A stretch of 64,000 nt of DNA, taken from NCBI RefSeq assembly GCF_009914755.1, contig NC_060942.1, one strand, 5' to 3'. Made by a program: the position numbers and the translations under genes. The notes beneath the pieces are model-generated. The model did not search any database. It was not told the origin of the DNA and saw only the letters and a program-made list of their open reading frames with translations. Position 1 is the first letter of the stretch. The number at the start of each line of letters is the position of its first letter. Positions 27,831 through 41,210 of the stretch are shown here, piece by piece. This DNA is from the human T2T-CHM13v2.0 reference genome, Homo sapiens.

Positions 27831-29919
27831 CAAAATTTTACAAAATTATTGCAATCTTTGCTTTGACAGTCCAGTGAAAATGCTGGCCCTTGTTTCTTAC
27901 ACACTTTCTTGGACAACAAAAAGTGCTAAACTTACCAGCTGCCTTAGGTTTACCACGGGCCTTCCATGGAAATGAGTCCTGGGGTGGAAATGGTCCCCTT
28001 CTGAGGGAGCTTGCTAAAACCACAAACCTCACTCCTTCATTAAAACAAAGCCAAACAAAATTCACACAACGGCATTTTTAACCTGTGTTTGCATAACAAT
28101 GAGTTTCATTCTTCACTCTGCCTAATTTATTCCCCATAGTGATTCGCCTCAGGCCCCTAGTCCTTGCTCACTCTAATAAATCCGGTGGCTGAAGACAAAG
28201 CTTAGTGTTTTTTTGGAATTAGTAACAAAATGCTAACTGTGGTTCTTCTGTAGAGGCCCTGTTTTACAGGGAAATGAGACAACTAGACAAAGCCCTGAAC
28301 ACTTTCCTTATGGAACTTTGTGACTTAGTTAAATTATCATCCCCAAAGCCTTCCAGGTTAGCAATAATTAGACAGCAACTAAGTGACCCCACCATGATAG
28401 CTTCTTTGCATAATAATCTAATGCCTGAAACACTCATAGGAGTAATGTATTGTTATCTCTGCTTTGCAGATAAGATAGGGTAGAGAGGTTACCCATCATA
28501 CTCCAGATTTCACAAGTAAAAAAGTTGGTAGATCTCTATTTCAAAATTCATTTCAGGTGGCTTCAAAATCCGTGAATTTTATATGTCTTGTGCTATTTTC
28601 TTACCTGTAAAATTGACAGAATGATAATTGATGTGTAAGTTACATTTCAAGCTTGGAATTCTCAGAGATGTAGTCCTGAAAGAGAGTGTCTTGGACCCAG
28701 AGAAGTGTGCAGAATCCAGACTTTTCAATGAAGGCAGTAGAAACAGTTCTCTTTTTTGAGACACTTAAAACCTTTTACCCCACTGGTTCACTCAAGTGCA
28801 TGTAACGGTACAGATCACTTGGTCCAACTAGAGAACAACTCTCCGCCTCTCCAGTGAGCAGATCCAGGCTTTGCCTCCATGTTTCCACACATTTGTTTTC
28901 TAAACCCAGAAAAGTGATATTTACCGTCAATCTGTTCTTGAGATGCTTCTGGGGTATGGCAAAGGAAACGATCCACGATGTCAGGTGTATTCCTACCTCT
29001 GCCTGCTTTTCTTTTCTTTGACCTTCCGTAAACAAGCAACTTCGTTTCCCTAAGCCTTCATTTAACTTCTTAAAGAGTGGTGACAATAACACCCATCTTA
29101 TGGAGATTTTCTAATAATAAGATAGAGTAGAATCTCAGAGATCCTTGAGTTCTCCAGGCTGAATGCATTATATAAAAGTAATTACTTAGTGTGAACAGCT
29201 AGGAGGCATTTCATTCTAGTCAGGGGGTGTCTCTGGTATTTGTTTTGGACAAATAAAGCAAGCTTAAAGGAAGCTTGGCTATCACTTTGTTTAATGCTCT
29301 TATTTTAAAGATGAAGAACATGCACAATTATGTGATATTATGAAACTGAGTTCAGTTAGGCTAAAAGTCTTTCTCAAAATCCTCAATAATAAATGTTCTG
29401 TAATGTAGATATACATACAGTCTACGAAGGCAACCAGTATTTAACTTGCTTGAGGTAGTACCTACTCTTTTGTTTTATAATAACGTTGTGTCTATTTTCC
29501 CAAAGAAGTGCTATGAAGAGATTAATTTTAATTATTTTTAATGTCTCTAACTTAAAAATATATACATTATATGGATATAAAATCATTATAACTTTTTTGT
29601 ATGAGTGCTGATAAAATCAACCAAGACTTTAATAGGACATAACTCCAAACACTTGGATTACCCCTGACACTGTGTTTGCGGTGGGATAAAGCTTTACGTG
29701 GTGACACATTCTGCGTGGAATGCTGGCTCCATCTGCTTTCAACATTCCACTTATACTCAAATGTACATAAATTATATACATATATAAATTTAAAATTATG
29801 CTCATAAGTTTTAATTGCCCATTTTATACTTATTATCTATGCATCATTGGCTATCTTGCACCACTCTAGGTCTTATTTTCCTAAGTATAAAATAAGCCTA
29901 CTTGATCAAGACCCTGGGG

Positions 29920-29922
<3 letters not shown>

Positions 29923-29965
<43 letters not shown>
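29923..29965. repeat. (TG)21 microsatellite
   Basis: Perfect dinucleotide run read directly from the sequence. Confidence 0.97.
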
Positions 29966-29967
<2 letters not shown>

Positions 29968-31202
29968 ATATGTCATCCTTTGTCCATAGGATTACACTTC
30001 ATACAAAGTAGGGTCTTGATAAATATGTGTTGTTTGATGATTGATTTGTTTTTCTTTAAATATACTTAACTCACTGACTTGTACAGCAATATTTAATGAA
30101 TACTACTTTTGTCCAAGTATACAAAAACAGAATCACATACAAGTATACAAAAAAAAAGAATCATATATCCTGATTTTCAAGACTACACAGTTTAGCTGAA
30201 GAGCTACGAATCACTTACAAATAGGTAAATGAAAAAAGACAATACATGTGACTCCAGTAGAATTCAGGGAAAGATGTAGACTCCTGCGGGTACAGAATTC
30301 TTAGGGGAGATGGGATTTTCAGTGAGCACTGATTGGAACTTAGAGGAAGAACAGAAGGAAGGAGGTCATTCCAAGCTGATGGACTGACTGAGTAAAGGCT
30401 GAAGCTGGCTGATTCTGGTGGAGAATCATTTAGAAGTGATTAAATAGAAATTCTGAGAGCTTTGTGAAGTTTAGGTTGGAGACTAGATTGATTTTTAACT
30501 TAGCATATTTGTTAAATAATGTATTGATTCACTGCAATTAAAGTTATATCTAATTAATTGCGTATTGAGTTTCACTAGGCTTAATGTTATAGGACTAGAA
30601 CAATGAGATGAAATAGACACTGGTGTTTTTACTAAAGAAGGTCTCATAACTGCTAGAACTTCAGTTATTATAGACTTTCTGCCATAGTGACATAAAATTT
30701 GTCAACAATGCTTTTTCACATTTTATTTTGATTGAAAATTACTATTATATGATTCCTTATAGTGAAGGAATGGGAGGAGAAGTACCTCTCCCATGTGTTT
30801 TCCCAAAGACCTCTATGGTCTCCTCTTGCAGTGGTGAGATGGGTTTTCTTGAAATTCTTTGGCAGTTGGCAAGAAACCGAAAATCCGGATTGTTCTACCT
30901 CAAAGACCGATCTGCTCAGATCTTCTTTTCTCTGTGGCATCTTTCTCTTATGAGAGTCTTGGGACACAATTTGGCTTTTGCTTTTGGGTATTCTCATGCA
31001 GTCTGTTAGATAGATATTAAAGTTGACAGTGATGCTTCTTGTCCATGTGTATGAAGTAACTAAAAGTTTGGAGAGAACGAACAGCCAATGCCACAAAAAA
31101 AACAAAATAAGCTTTGGGTCTAAAGTATTTTGATTTCCTTCTCTCACCATCAATTTTTGAGAAGCACTTGTAACTAATTATTTTTCTTTAAAAATAGATT
31201 TA

Positions 31203-31221
31203 TGGCCACCAGAGGGGGCAT
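31203..31221 (+). promoter_or_regulatory. CTCF-like motif TGGCCACCAGAGGGGGCAT
   Basis: Matches the CTCF core CCAC[CT]AG[AG][GT]GGC[AG]C except for G at the conserved C; an isolated GC-rich word in AT-rich unique DNA. Confidence 0.5.
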
Positions 31222-32297
31222 CTTTCAACAAAGAGACCAGAGTAAATAATAAAAGCTTACCTGTTAAATTTCCCAGCCTGATGTGGAGCATAATTAGCAG
31301 AGAAACCAAGCCAATTGCTGTGGGATGTTTTGCAGAACAGATGCTCTTCTTCCATCCTCTCTCTAAGATGGCTCTTCTTTTTTTGTTAGTTTAAAGAGAT
31401 TCTAAATCTCAATAATAGTTAAGTTTAGAGAAACACTCTGAGTGACACAGCACATATTTTAATTAACTGCTAAAGCTGGTTCAGATTAATGATCTCCTTA
31501 TCCCTGTGTGGTATGCACACAGTGGTGGATTAAACCTGCCCTTAAACTAGGGTATTTTTTTTTTTAGTTTTATAGCGTTTAGAGAGAAATTCCTGCTTAA
31601 CATATTAGTCGTCGAAATTGTTGAGTATAATATTTGTTTTGGCGCTAACTTTCTCTTTGCATTTGTGAGATGTCTGGAGGAAATTTCAGATGCTCAAGGA
31701 GAGCCAGTTTATTGGTCTGTTTTGTTATGTTCAATGTAGGAAAGTTGTAGCCTTTTCAATCCTCCATTAGCCAGATTCTAGAGAGCAAGGCATGAATGAT
31801 AGCAATTTAGTTATCACGTTCTATTTCCAGCAGAATTGTTTGTAGTTTAGCTCAAAATATCCATCTTCTTAATTTTAACTGGTTTTGCCAGTTGCCAGTT
31901 AAACCAGATTGCAAGTGAAAATGAATATCATCAACACACTTAAATATTTCTGTGCACGGTACAAAGCAGACTGTAGATGATTATAGACTACTGGAAAATG
32001 TGTTTCCACAGAAACTTTCTTCTAAATTGCTAGGAGTGTGTTAGACTTTAAGATTACTCATAGGCATGTGCTCAAAAATTTGGTAAACTTTAAAATTTTT
32101 TTATTTTACTTTAAAAGTATATTATAAAGAAAGCAATATTCTCTAAGGCAATGAATCATCTATTCCCCTCCAGTATAAAAATGGTACATGGAACATTTAC
32201 ATTATACACAAAAATTACTTTGAATAGCTGTGTGTGATCATTTTAAACAAAGCAAATCACTAAACATTAGGCATGACATTGCTGATCACCTCTTCTT

Positions 32298-34337
32298 TTT
32301 TAAATTTGTATAAATTTATGGGACATATGTGTAATTTTGTTACATGCATAGCTTGGGTGGTGGTGAAGTCAGGGCTTTTAGAGTATCCATCACCCAAATA
32401 ACGTACGCTGTACCCCAAAACCTCCGTCATCCACCCCCCTCTGTCCCCTTACCTTTTTGAGTCTTCATTGTCCATCATTTGACACTCTACACCTTTGTGT
32501 ACTCACTATTTAGCTCCCACTTATAAGTAAGAATATATGGTATTTGTCTTTCTGTGTCTGACTTGCTTCACTTAAAATAATGGCCTCTAATTCCATCCAT
32601 TGTGCTGCAAAAAACATGATTTCATTCTTTTTATGGCTGAATAGTATTCCATTGGGTATATATGCCACATTTTCTTTATCCAGTCATTTGTTGATAAACA
32701 CTAAGGTTGATTCTGTATCTTTGCTATTGTGACTAGTGCTGCAATAAACATACGGGCACAGGTATTTTTTGATACAATGATTTCTTTTCCTGTGCATAGA
32801 CACCCAATAACGGGATTGCTGGATAGAATAGTAGTTCTGTTTTTAGTTTTTGAGAAATCACCATGCTGTTTTCCATAGAGGTTGTACTAATTTACGTTCC
32901 CAGGAACAGTGTATAAGAGTTCCCTTTTCTCCACAAACTCACCAATATTTGTTATACATTATCTTTTCAATAATAGCCATTCTGACTAGTGTTAAGACGA
33001 TATTGTAGTTTTACTTTGAACTTCTTTAATAATTAGTGATGTTGAGCATTTTTCATGTCTGTTGGCCATTTTTATGTCTTCTTTTGAGAAATGTCTATTA
33101 ATGTCTTTTGCCCACTTTTTAATGGGATTACTTCTTTGATTTTTTGTTGAGTTGTTTGAACTTCTTGTAGTTTCTAGGTATGAATCCTCTGTCAGATGAA
33201 TAGTTCGCAAATATTTTCTCCCATTCTGTAGATTGTCTGTTCACTCTACTGATTATTTCTTTTGTTGTGCAGAAGCTTTTTAGTTTAAGTCTCATTTGTC
33301 TATTTTTGTTTTTGTTGCTGGTGCTTTGGGGGTCTTAGTCATGAATTCTTTACCTAGACCAATGTCCAGAAGAGTTTTTCCTAGGTTTTCTTCTAGTGTT
33401 TTTTATATAGTTTTAGGACTTATGTTTATGTCTTTGATTCATCTTAAGTTGATTTTTGTATACAGTGAAAGATAGGGGTTCAGTTTCACTTTTCTGCATA
33501 TGATGATCCAATTTTCCCAGACTATTTATTGAAAAGGTTGTCCTTTCTCTAGTGTATGATCTTGTCTATTTTGTCAAACATCAGTTGGCTATAAAAATGT
33601 GGCTTTATTCCTGGGATGTTTATTTTGTTCCACCAATCTATGTGTCTATTTTTATACCAGTACTATACTGTTTTGGTTACTATTGACTTGTAGTAAAATA
33701 TGAAATCAGGTAATATGATGTCTTCAGCTTTGTTCTTTTTGCTTAGGATTGGTTTGGCAATTTGGGCTCTTTTCGTGTTCCGTATGAATATTATGATTGT
33801 TTTTCTAATTCTGTGAAAAATGATGTTGGTATTTTGATAGAGATTACATTAACTCTGTAGATTGCCTTGAGCAGGATTGTCATTTTAATGATATCAATAT
33901 TAATTCTTCCAATCCATGAGCAGGAGATGTTTTTCCATTTGTTTGTTTTATCTATGATTTCTTTCATCAGCATTTTCTATTTTTCCTTGTAGAAATATTT
34001 TACCTTCTTAGTTAAATATATACTTAGATATTTCATTATTTTTTGTAGCTATTGTAAATGGGATTGTCTTCTTGATTTGGTTCTCAGATTGTAATTGGTA
34101 TATAGAATTAATACTGATTTTTGTACACTGATTTTGCATCCTGCTGAATTCATTTATCAAATCTAGAGATTTTTGGTGGAGTCTTTAGTTTTTCTAGATG
34201 TAAGATTATATAATCAGTGAACAGGAATAACTTGACTTCCTTTTATCCAGTTTGGATGCCTTTAATTTCTTTTCCTTGCCTGGTTTATCTGGCTAGGATT
34301 TTTAGTACTATGTTGAATAGAAGTGGTGAAAGCGGTT
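32298..34337 (-). mobile_element. 5'-truncated L1 (L1MA2/3-like), about 2.0 kb: ORF2 3' part plus 3'UTR
   Basis: ORF2 remnants in the ORF track ([19 protein letters not shown]; [16 protein letters not shown]); 10-bp TSD acctcttctt (32288-32297 / 34338-34347). Confidence 0.93.
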
Positions 34338-34785
34338 ACCTCTTCTTGGTCTTCCTAAGCAACTTCCCTAGTTTATCTCTTCTCTTTTCATCTGGATTGT
34401 AGTCATAGCCAAATATGCCACTCTACTTCCACTAGCTCCTTCATAATGAACTTGGAATTATCTTCTGATAATGCACTTCTTTTTTAGGAATATTTAAGAC
34501 TCATAAATTTCAGAATCAAATCAGACTACTTAATCCAAAAATGGCCTTCCTATACCACCAGGCCCTCTGAAAATGCCCAGTCTTTTTTTAAAAAAATCAC
34601 ACTGTACCCCTTTCTCTGCTAATAAATTCACATAGCAGCAGTACCTCAATACATATTCTACATGCTTTTCTTCTCACTTACCCCAACCTTCCCCTTTGGC
34701 TTATCCTATTTTATTTATTTTTTTTTAAGAATGCTCTTTCCTTTCACATTTCTATACGTTAATGCATTATCATTCAGGGTCCATG

Positions 34786-35212
34786 TGCTATGATTTGGAT
34801 GTTTGTCCTCTTCAAACCTCATGTTCCAATTTGATTCCCAAGGTGGCAATGTTGGAAGGCAGGGCCTGGTAGGAGGTATTTGGGTCATGTGGGTGGATTA
34901 ATTATGAAAAGATTAATGCCCTCTGTCAAGAATGAGGGAGTTCTTGCTGTATTTGTTACTTGAGAGCTGGCTGTTAAAAAGATCCTGACAGCACCCTCCT
35001 CCACTTCCTCTGTCCCCATAGGAACCCGCCCATCTCTCACCACGTAATCTCTTGGCACACACTGGCTCCCTTCTGCTTTTGGAGGTGAGGCCCTTACCAG
35101 ATGCAGGTACCCAGTCTTGAGCTTTCCAGTCACCAGAATCATGAGTTAAATAAACTTATTTTCCTTATAAACTACCCAGTCTCAGGCACTCTGTTATAGC
35201 AACTCTAAGAAC
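34786..35212 (+). mobile_element. MSTC/MSTD-like MaLR solo LTR
   Basis: tgctatgatttggatgtttgtcc...ataaactacccagtctcagg..ctgttatagcaac. Confidence 0.85.
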
Positions 35213-35779
35213 TACCTCTTCCCAAAAGCCTTCTGAGATATTCCCCTTGCTCCTCACTTATCCACACACCTCAGATTAGTCTTGTACTTCTCCAGGAATG
35301 ACAGTCACAGTATTTAAGCTCTGCATGGCATGGTCATCCACGGATCAGAACCTAGCTGGTTGAATGTAATGGCTGAATGGCCAGCCTGCAGTTCTGTATC
35401 TCTCTCAACTGGTTTTCCTCATGTCCTTAAGGAAGAGTTCACAGACATCTTCCTGACTAAAAGATGACTACTCTGTGGTCCTATAGCACCTGTGTGTGCC
35501 TCTGTCATGGCACTAATCACCCTGTGCTAAAATCACACCATGTTATTGTCTCCATGCTCTGCCAGGTAGAACACCTGGCATATCTAGACACTCAGTAAAA
35601 GCTTGTTGCCAAACTGATTAAATTTTTTAAAAAATGAATTGAGGCCAAACACAAGTCTTAATATGTCCCAATGGCTCTTCCTAGTAATTGCATTTATAAA
35701 ATGCTAAGAAAATGTTTGTTGTATTAAATTTGAGCTCTTGATCTCTAATAAAATCTTATTAATCATTTAATAATAACGA

Positions 35780-36020
35780 TGATGATGATACTGCCAAACA
35801 ATTACATAGCAGTCACTATGTATCAGGCACTGAATTAAGTGCTTTATAGGTGCTTATTTAATCCTCACATCTACCTTTGTGAGGTGGTTGTCTTATTTTT
35901 CCTGATTTTTAGAAGAAAACAGAAGCACAGAGAGATTAAATAAACTGTCTAGAATCCTGCATCTCATCAGTGGAATGACCAGGCTTCTAACCTAGGAAGT
36001 CTAACACCAAATTCAATATC
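35780..36020 (-). mobile_element. MIR SINE
   Basis: ttatttaatcctcac...gtgaggtgg...gaaaacagaagcacagagagattaaataa. Confidence 0.75.
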
Positions 36021-36808
36021 TTTTTGCTCTGAATTAATTTCAATGAAAGCACTTTTTGATCTGATGAACCTATGGTATATATTCATTGTTTTCTTTTCCT
36101 AACCATCCATCATTTCCATTAATTACTAGTACTCTGACACTGCTCACAGTGAGTTGTAGAATATTTTCAATCAAAAGCATGTAAATAACTGTCTTACCAC
36201 CAACATTCATCCTTGAAATCTTGCTAAGACATGAAATTGTTGCCTCCACACTTAAACTATTTATTTCCTGCTTCTAGTTTTTCATTTGCCTTGTCCTGGT
36301 TTTCTAGCTGAGGACAACTTGTAAAAGTCTGTTCCCCCTTCACCCTGCCTTTAGCACTCAGCTTCTCAGTGACTCAGTGATTCCCTGGGCATCTGCTACC
36401 ACTCATACCCCAGTGCTCCCAGTATCTTTTCCCCTCATCTTAATTTCTCACCCACATTTCAGTTCCAAGTCTCTAAAATAGATACTGGCCTTTCTTTCAC
36501 AATTAAATAAAAAAAAATCCCTGAAGATTATTACTCTTATCTTAATTCGTATTCTCAAATATTTATCCCTTAATTATACCAGTAGCATTACATGGTTAAT
36601 CTTTTGAACTAATTATCATTGCAATATGTTTAATGAGATACATTAAGTATGTCGCAATTTTTTTTTACTTAAAAAGGAAAATATATACATACATGTGTAT
36701 CTTAAATCCATCCATATATGTCTTAAATCTATCTTTCTGTCTCTTAAATTTGTCCTGTTATCCTCCTTTCCTCAATCCTTTTACAGTGAGTCTGATACTT
36801 ATTACCTT

Positions 36809-37240
36809 GTGCTATGGTTTGAATGTGTTGCCCCAAAACCATGCAATGAAAACTTAACGCCCAATGCAACAGTGTTGGGAGCTGGGGCCTAATGGGAGGT
36901 GATTAGGCATGAATGGATTAATGCCATTATCAGGGGGAGTGGGTTTGTTATTGCAGTAATTATAAAAGGGAGAGTTTGGTTCTTTTCTCTGTCTCACTCT
37001 CTTTTGTCCCTCTACTGTGAGATCACACAGAAAGAAAATCCTTCCTGGACACTATTTCCTTGATCTTGGGCTTCTCAGCCTCCAGAACTGTGAGATCACA
37101 CAGAAAGAAAATCCTTCCTGGACACTGTTTCCTTGATCTTGGGCTTCTCAGCCTCCAGAACCATGAACAAATAAATTTTGATTCATTATAATTTACCCAG
37201 TCTGTGATATTTTGTTACCGCAGCACAAGTAGACTGAGCT
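36809..37240 (+). mobile_element. MSTD/MLT1A-like MaLR solo LTR carrying an internal 73-bp tandem duplication
   Basis: tgctatggtttgaatgtg...ataatttacccagtctgtgatattttgtta. Confidence 0.85.
37014..37159. repeat. Tandem duplication, 2 x 73 bp, one mismatch
   Basis: actgtgagatcacacagaaag...cagcctccaga at 37014 and 37087. Confidence 0.95.
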
Positions 37241-38050
37241 ACCTTGCAATTAGATGGTGATGATAGCTTCTCATATGGCCTCTCCTTCTTGAATCTTCCC
37301 TCTGTTCCAATTATCATTCATACAGTTGAAGTAATTATACTAAAACCTTCTTCATAAGGATCATTTCTAGATGATAGCATTATAAGTGATTTCAATTCCT
37401 TTATTATTTTCTATATTTTAAAAATTTTCTGCAATGAACATACTTTCTTAAAAAAATTACAGTAATTATATTTTTTTCACAAGAAAAAGAATAGCAGCTA
37501 TTTTATAAGATACGCTAAGGGACTACTATTTTTTTCTCTAAAATCGAAATAGGCATTATTAGGCCCCTTCTCGGCCATTCGGTTAGACATGCTGACCAAC
37601 ATAGGCTCTCGCTCAGCCTCTATGAACAAGGAGCTGTTCACTGAGATATAGGATTGCTCAGAGCTGCCCTTAATAATTTATTCATTCATCTCCTTCCCTT
37701 CTTAGTATGGGAATTCTGAGACTGGCTCATTCATTCCACAAATGTTTATGAGATGCATCTTAATGATCAAATTAATGCTTGAGATTGAGTGATTGAGTGG
37801 TGATCAAAGCGTGTCCAGCTGTAGTTTCATGTTGCTTACAGACTTTTCATCTTTACATCTCTCACCCCCAAGTGTAATGTTAAGCACTCAGGAGATCTCT
37901 CCAAATAACTACTCTTGATTTAGGATTTTTATCAGTCCACTGTATTAAATTGCCAAAAATTATAATATTCATAGAATTACTTAAACCTCATTGTCTCTAA
38001 TCAGGTAAGGAAAATATTTCAGACATTAAGCACTTTTGATTGCAGGAAAA

Positions 38051-38107
38051 TTTTTTTCCAACTTTTATTTTAGATTCGGAGGTACATGTGCATGTTTGTT
38101 ACATGGT
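38051..38107 (-). mobile_element. Very short L1PA/PB 3'-end insertion
   Basis: ttttccaacttttattttagattcggaggtacatgtgcatgtttgttacatgg flanked by gaaaattttt on both sides. Confidence 0.75.
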
Positions 38108-38389
38108 CTAGAAAATTTTTTAAATCTTAACTACATATATCCCAGTTACAGATCAATGGAAGAGTAACCTTCCTCCCCGCCCCCTGCCAAGTAACCAATT
38201 TTGAAACCAAATAACATGTTAGGTGTCCAAAATAACATCAGAAATAAACAATAATTTATCCTTAATTTTTGCTCCCTCATCTCAATATTTAGGGTCCCTT
38301 GTCACTGCTATATTACAGGTATTATAATATACTTTCTATAGTTCTGCTTTCTTTAATACCTGCTTTCTCAGGTTCTGAACATGTGCTTT

Positions 38390-38590
38390 GTGGCTTAGCC
38401 CTGTGGTAAACATTTTACATGTATCACTTATTAACCTCTCACAATAATGACATGAGGTAATTTCATTACCCTTATCTTGCAGATGAAACTCTGAGGCTTT
38501 CAGGGACGTGAGGTACGGTGCCAAGGCCACACCACTGGTAAGTGAAATTGACACTGAAGGCTAAAATCTCAATGGCCAAGTCCTTGCCAA
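38390..38590 (-). mobile_element. MIR SINE
   Basis: attacccttatcttgcagatgaaactctgaggct...gccaaggccacaccactggtaagtg. Confidence 0.75.
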
Positions 38591-41074
38591 TGCCCATGTC
38601 TCAGTCCAAATAGTCTCATGCCTCCTTGTAGCTTAATGAATTATCAGCCTGGTTTCATCCTGAAAAACCTGGTTTATATGTGTTCTGTCCAGAGATGTGT
38701 GTGAACAGAGAGTGCCTATTTTCACACAGTATGCCTGGAATCAGCCTCAGGTCATGGTAAGATAACCAAGGAAGCAACCCCTTTATCAAGTCCCTGGAAG
38801 CCAGCCCAATGGACCCAATCTCTGTTCGAACTTCTACCTGCTATGTGGGATGGTTGTCATTAGTAACCCATGTTTTCCCATGTGTGTTTCTGCATTGCTA
38901 TTCTCATCCAACATCCTTAAATAATAGGGCTGAATTTCTCTCGTGGATTACTCTATTTTCTAAATTTTATTCTCATGTAGAGGGCCCTGAACATGCTAGG
39001 AATGAGGAAGTTTGGGTTTTTGTAACTGAGCTAATTTTGGGAGGAGGGAGGTTGATTTCAGTTTTACATGCTGAGCTCTCAAGGTAGAACTAGGTTACTC
39101 CAGTAAGAAATCTTTTCCTTCTTTTGGGTTTTTTTTCTTTTTTAAGGTTGCTATCAATGACATCCAATGTCACTGCATGAGACTAATGTAAAGTGTCAGA
39201 TTAAATCAAATAATGGTGTCTGTCTAATTGTTTTGCAAAATGAACAACCCAAGTCACTTACATTCAATGTAGCTTGACTTTCTAAAGATTTAAATAGAAA
39301 AGGTGATTCTCTGGAAGAGTGATATTTGCAAGATTCCTGAGCTACTTGTGCAATGTAGAAAGAGCCTAGCTATTCATCAACTTGGCTTATTTGACCCAAA
39401 TGAGGTGAATGGAAAAGATATAAATTCTTAGTCTGTGACACCATCACCTGCCACCTGTCACCTGTCACCTCCAGGTCACAATCTTGAACTGCTCTTAACA
39501 TAAACTGAAAAGGAAGTTGAAAAACCTTTACCTACTGCAAGATGTTATTTTATTTAAAGCTTCACAACTACAGTCTTGGTGGGTGTGTTCAACATGACTG
39601 GCAGCTGCCTTTGATTTACCTGGGAGCACTGAAATGAAAATCGCAGCCAGCCATCACCTTAAAATTATTGGGGTGGAGTGCTGGGAGAAATTCTCTGAAT
39701 TTATGATTTATTTGCTCTTCTGGTCACAGGTAGTATTTCATATCCCACTCTAGACTTACATACACTGCTGCGTGTATGGGCATGGCCATACCAATTGTTA
39801 AAATATTAAAATACTTCTATGCCAGTTGATAAATAGTCACTGCATTCAGCCTCCTAAGTAACTCCCTTCCGGTCAAAGAACCTCCCTCAGGATCCCAGGA
39901 GATTCCCACAATCCAGCAAATAAAAGAAATAACCCTGACACAGCAAGATTCTTCCGGAACTCTGCACCAATACTGAGGCTTCTGCCATTCTGTTGTTAAA
40001 TATTTTAAATATTGTCCCTGAAATGAGGAGTGGAGAACCTGAGTGGGCTGTCTTTTACACGGGATCAATTGTAAAAATACTTTTTTATTGGTTGCTTTGG
40101 ATCTTTTATAAAACTTCAGTGGAAGATATTGTCTATTATGAGTCCATTTTCTCTTATTACAGAATTCATGCGATACATTTTTAAATTTCTTCAAGAGTGC
40201 CTTATTCTGGGAATGTAATTTACTTTCCAAGGAAGACAAAAACTAAAAGGCTCTTGTTTCTTTTAATTAGGTAGAAGGAATACATTGCAATGTAGTTTTC
40301 TTTTTACTTTGACTTTCTGGAATTCTAGTACTAAAATTAACACCTAGTTGAACAATAAAATTATGCAAGCTATTTGATGTGTCTGTCTTTCCTCTTAAAT
40401 GACTGATTTGCTAATTTTAAAATTGTATTCTTTTTAATATGATTTAATGTTAGAAGTTGCATTAAAAAATTGGGGGTATGGGGATAGGTTTTTAAAAAAT
40501 CATACCTAAATGGAGCATGTTCTGTTCTTGGCTGTGCTAAGGGCCTTGGGTACCAAGAGCTGCAGGGATGCCCCAATGCTTCACAGTGTTCTACTGAACA
40601 ACTTCCATACTTTTGCTGTTATTCCTCTGAAGTTAGAACTGACATTTCTTATTATTAAAATAAAAATAGATTTGAATAAATATTAAAAATCCATTTAATT
40701 GTCCATGTTTCCTATTCAGGAATCTTCTGCTGAGGTTTGCAAACCTTTAAAGTTGACCTGGTTAGATATGAGAAAAGGAAATCTGAAAATATCCATTATA
40801 ATATTATTCTTATTTTACATTTTGCCTTATGTGATATTTACTTAGTTCATGGACAATTGCAATCTTTCCAACTGCTTCTTTTTTGTAGCTTCCTTGTAGC
40901 CATTTCACATGAACATGTTTATTTTGTAGAATTGGTAAAGGCAGAAAGAGGTTAAATTCAAAACACTCATTTCGCAAAACAAATTAACTAGAAAAAGAAA
41001 AAGGGGCTTAAAGTTAAATGTTGAGAAGACTGCTTGGAGTATATGCCAGTTTTCAATTGTCTGTGCATGTCATT

Positions 41075-41210
41075 TTCTTTTTTTTTTTTTAATTATACTT
41101 TAAGTTCTAGGGTACATGTGCACAACGTGCAGGTTTGTTACATATGTATACATGTGCCATGTTGGTGTGCTGCACCCATTAACTCATCATTTACATTAGA
41201 TATATCTCCT
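41075..41210 (-). mobile_element. Young L1PA (PA4/5-like) 3'-end fragment
   Basis: Poly-T followed by attatactttaagttctagggtacatgtgcacaacgtgcagg...tatatctcct. Confidence 0.9.

Noticed and set aside
32992-33973. ORFs with reverse-transcriptase-element similarity
   Set aside because: Broken L1 ORF2 remnants of a 5'-truncated element.
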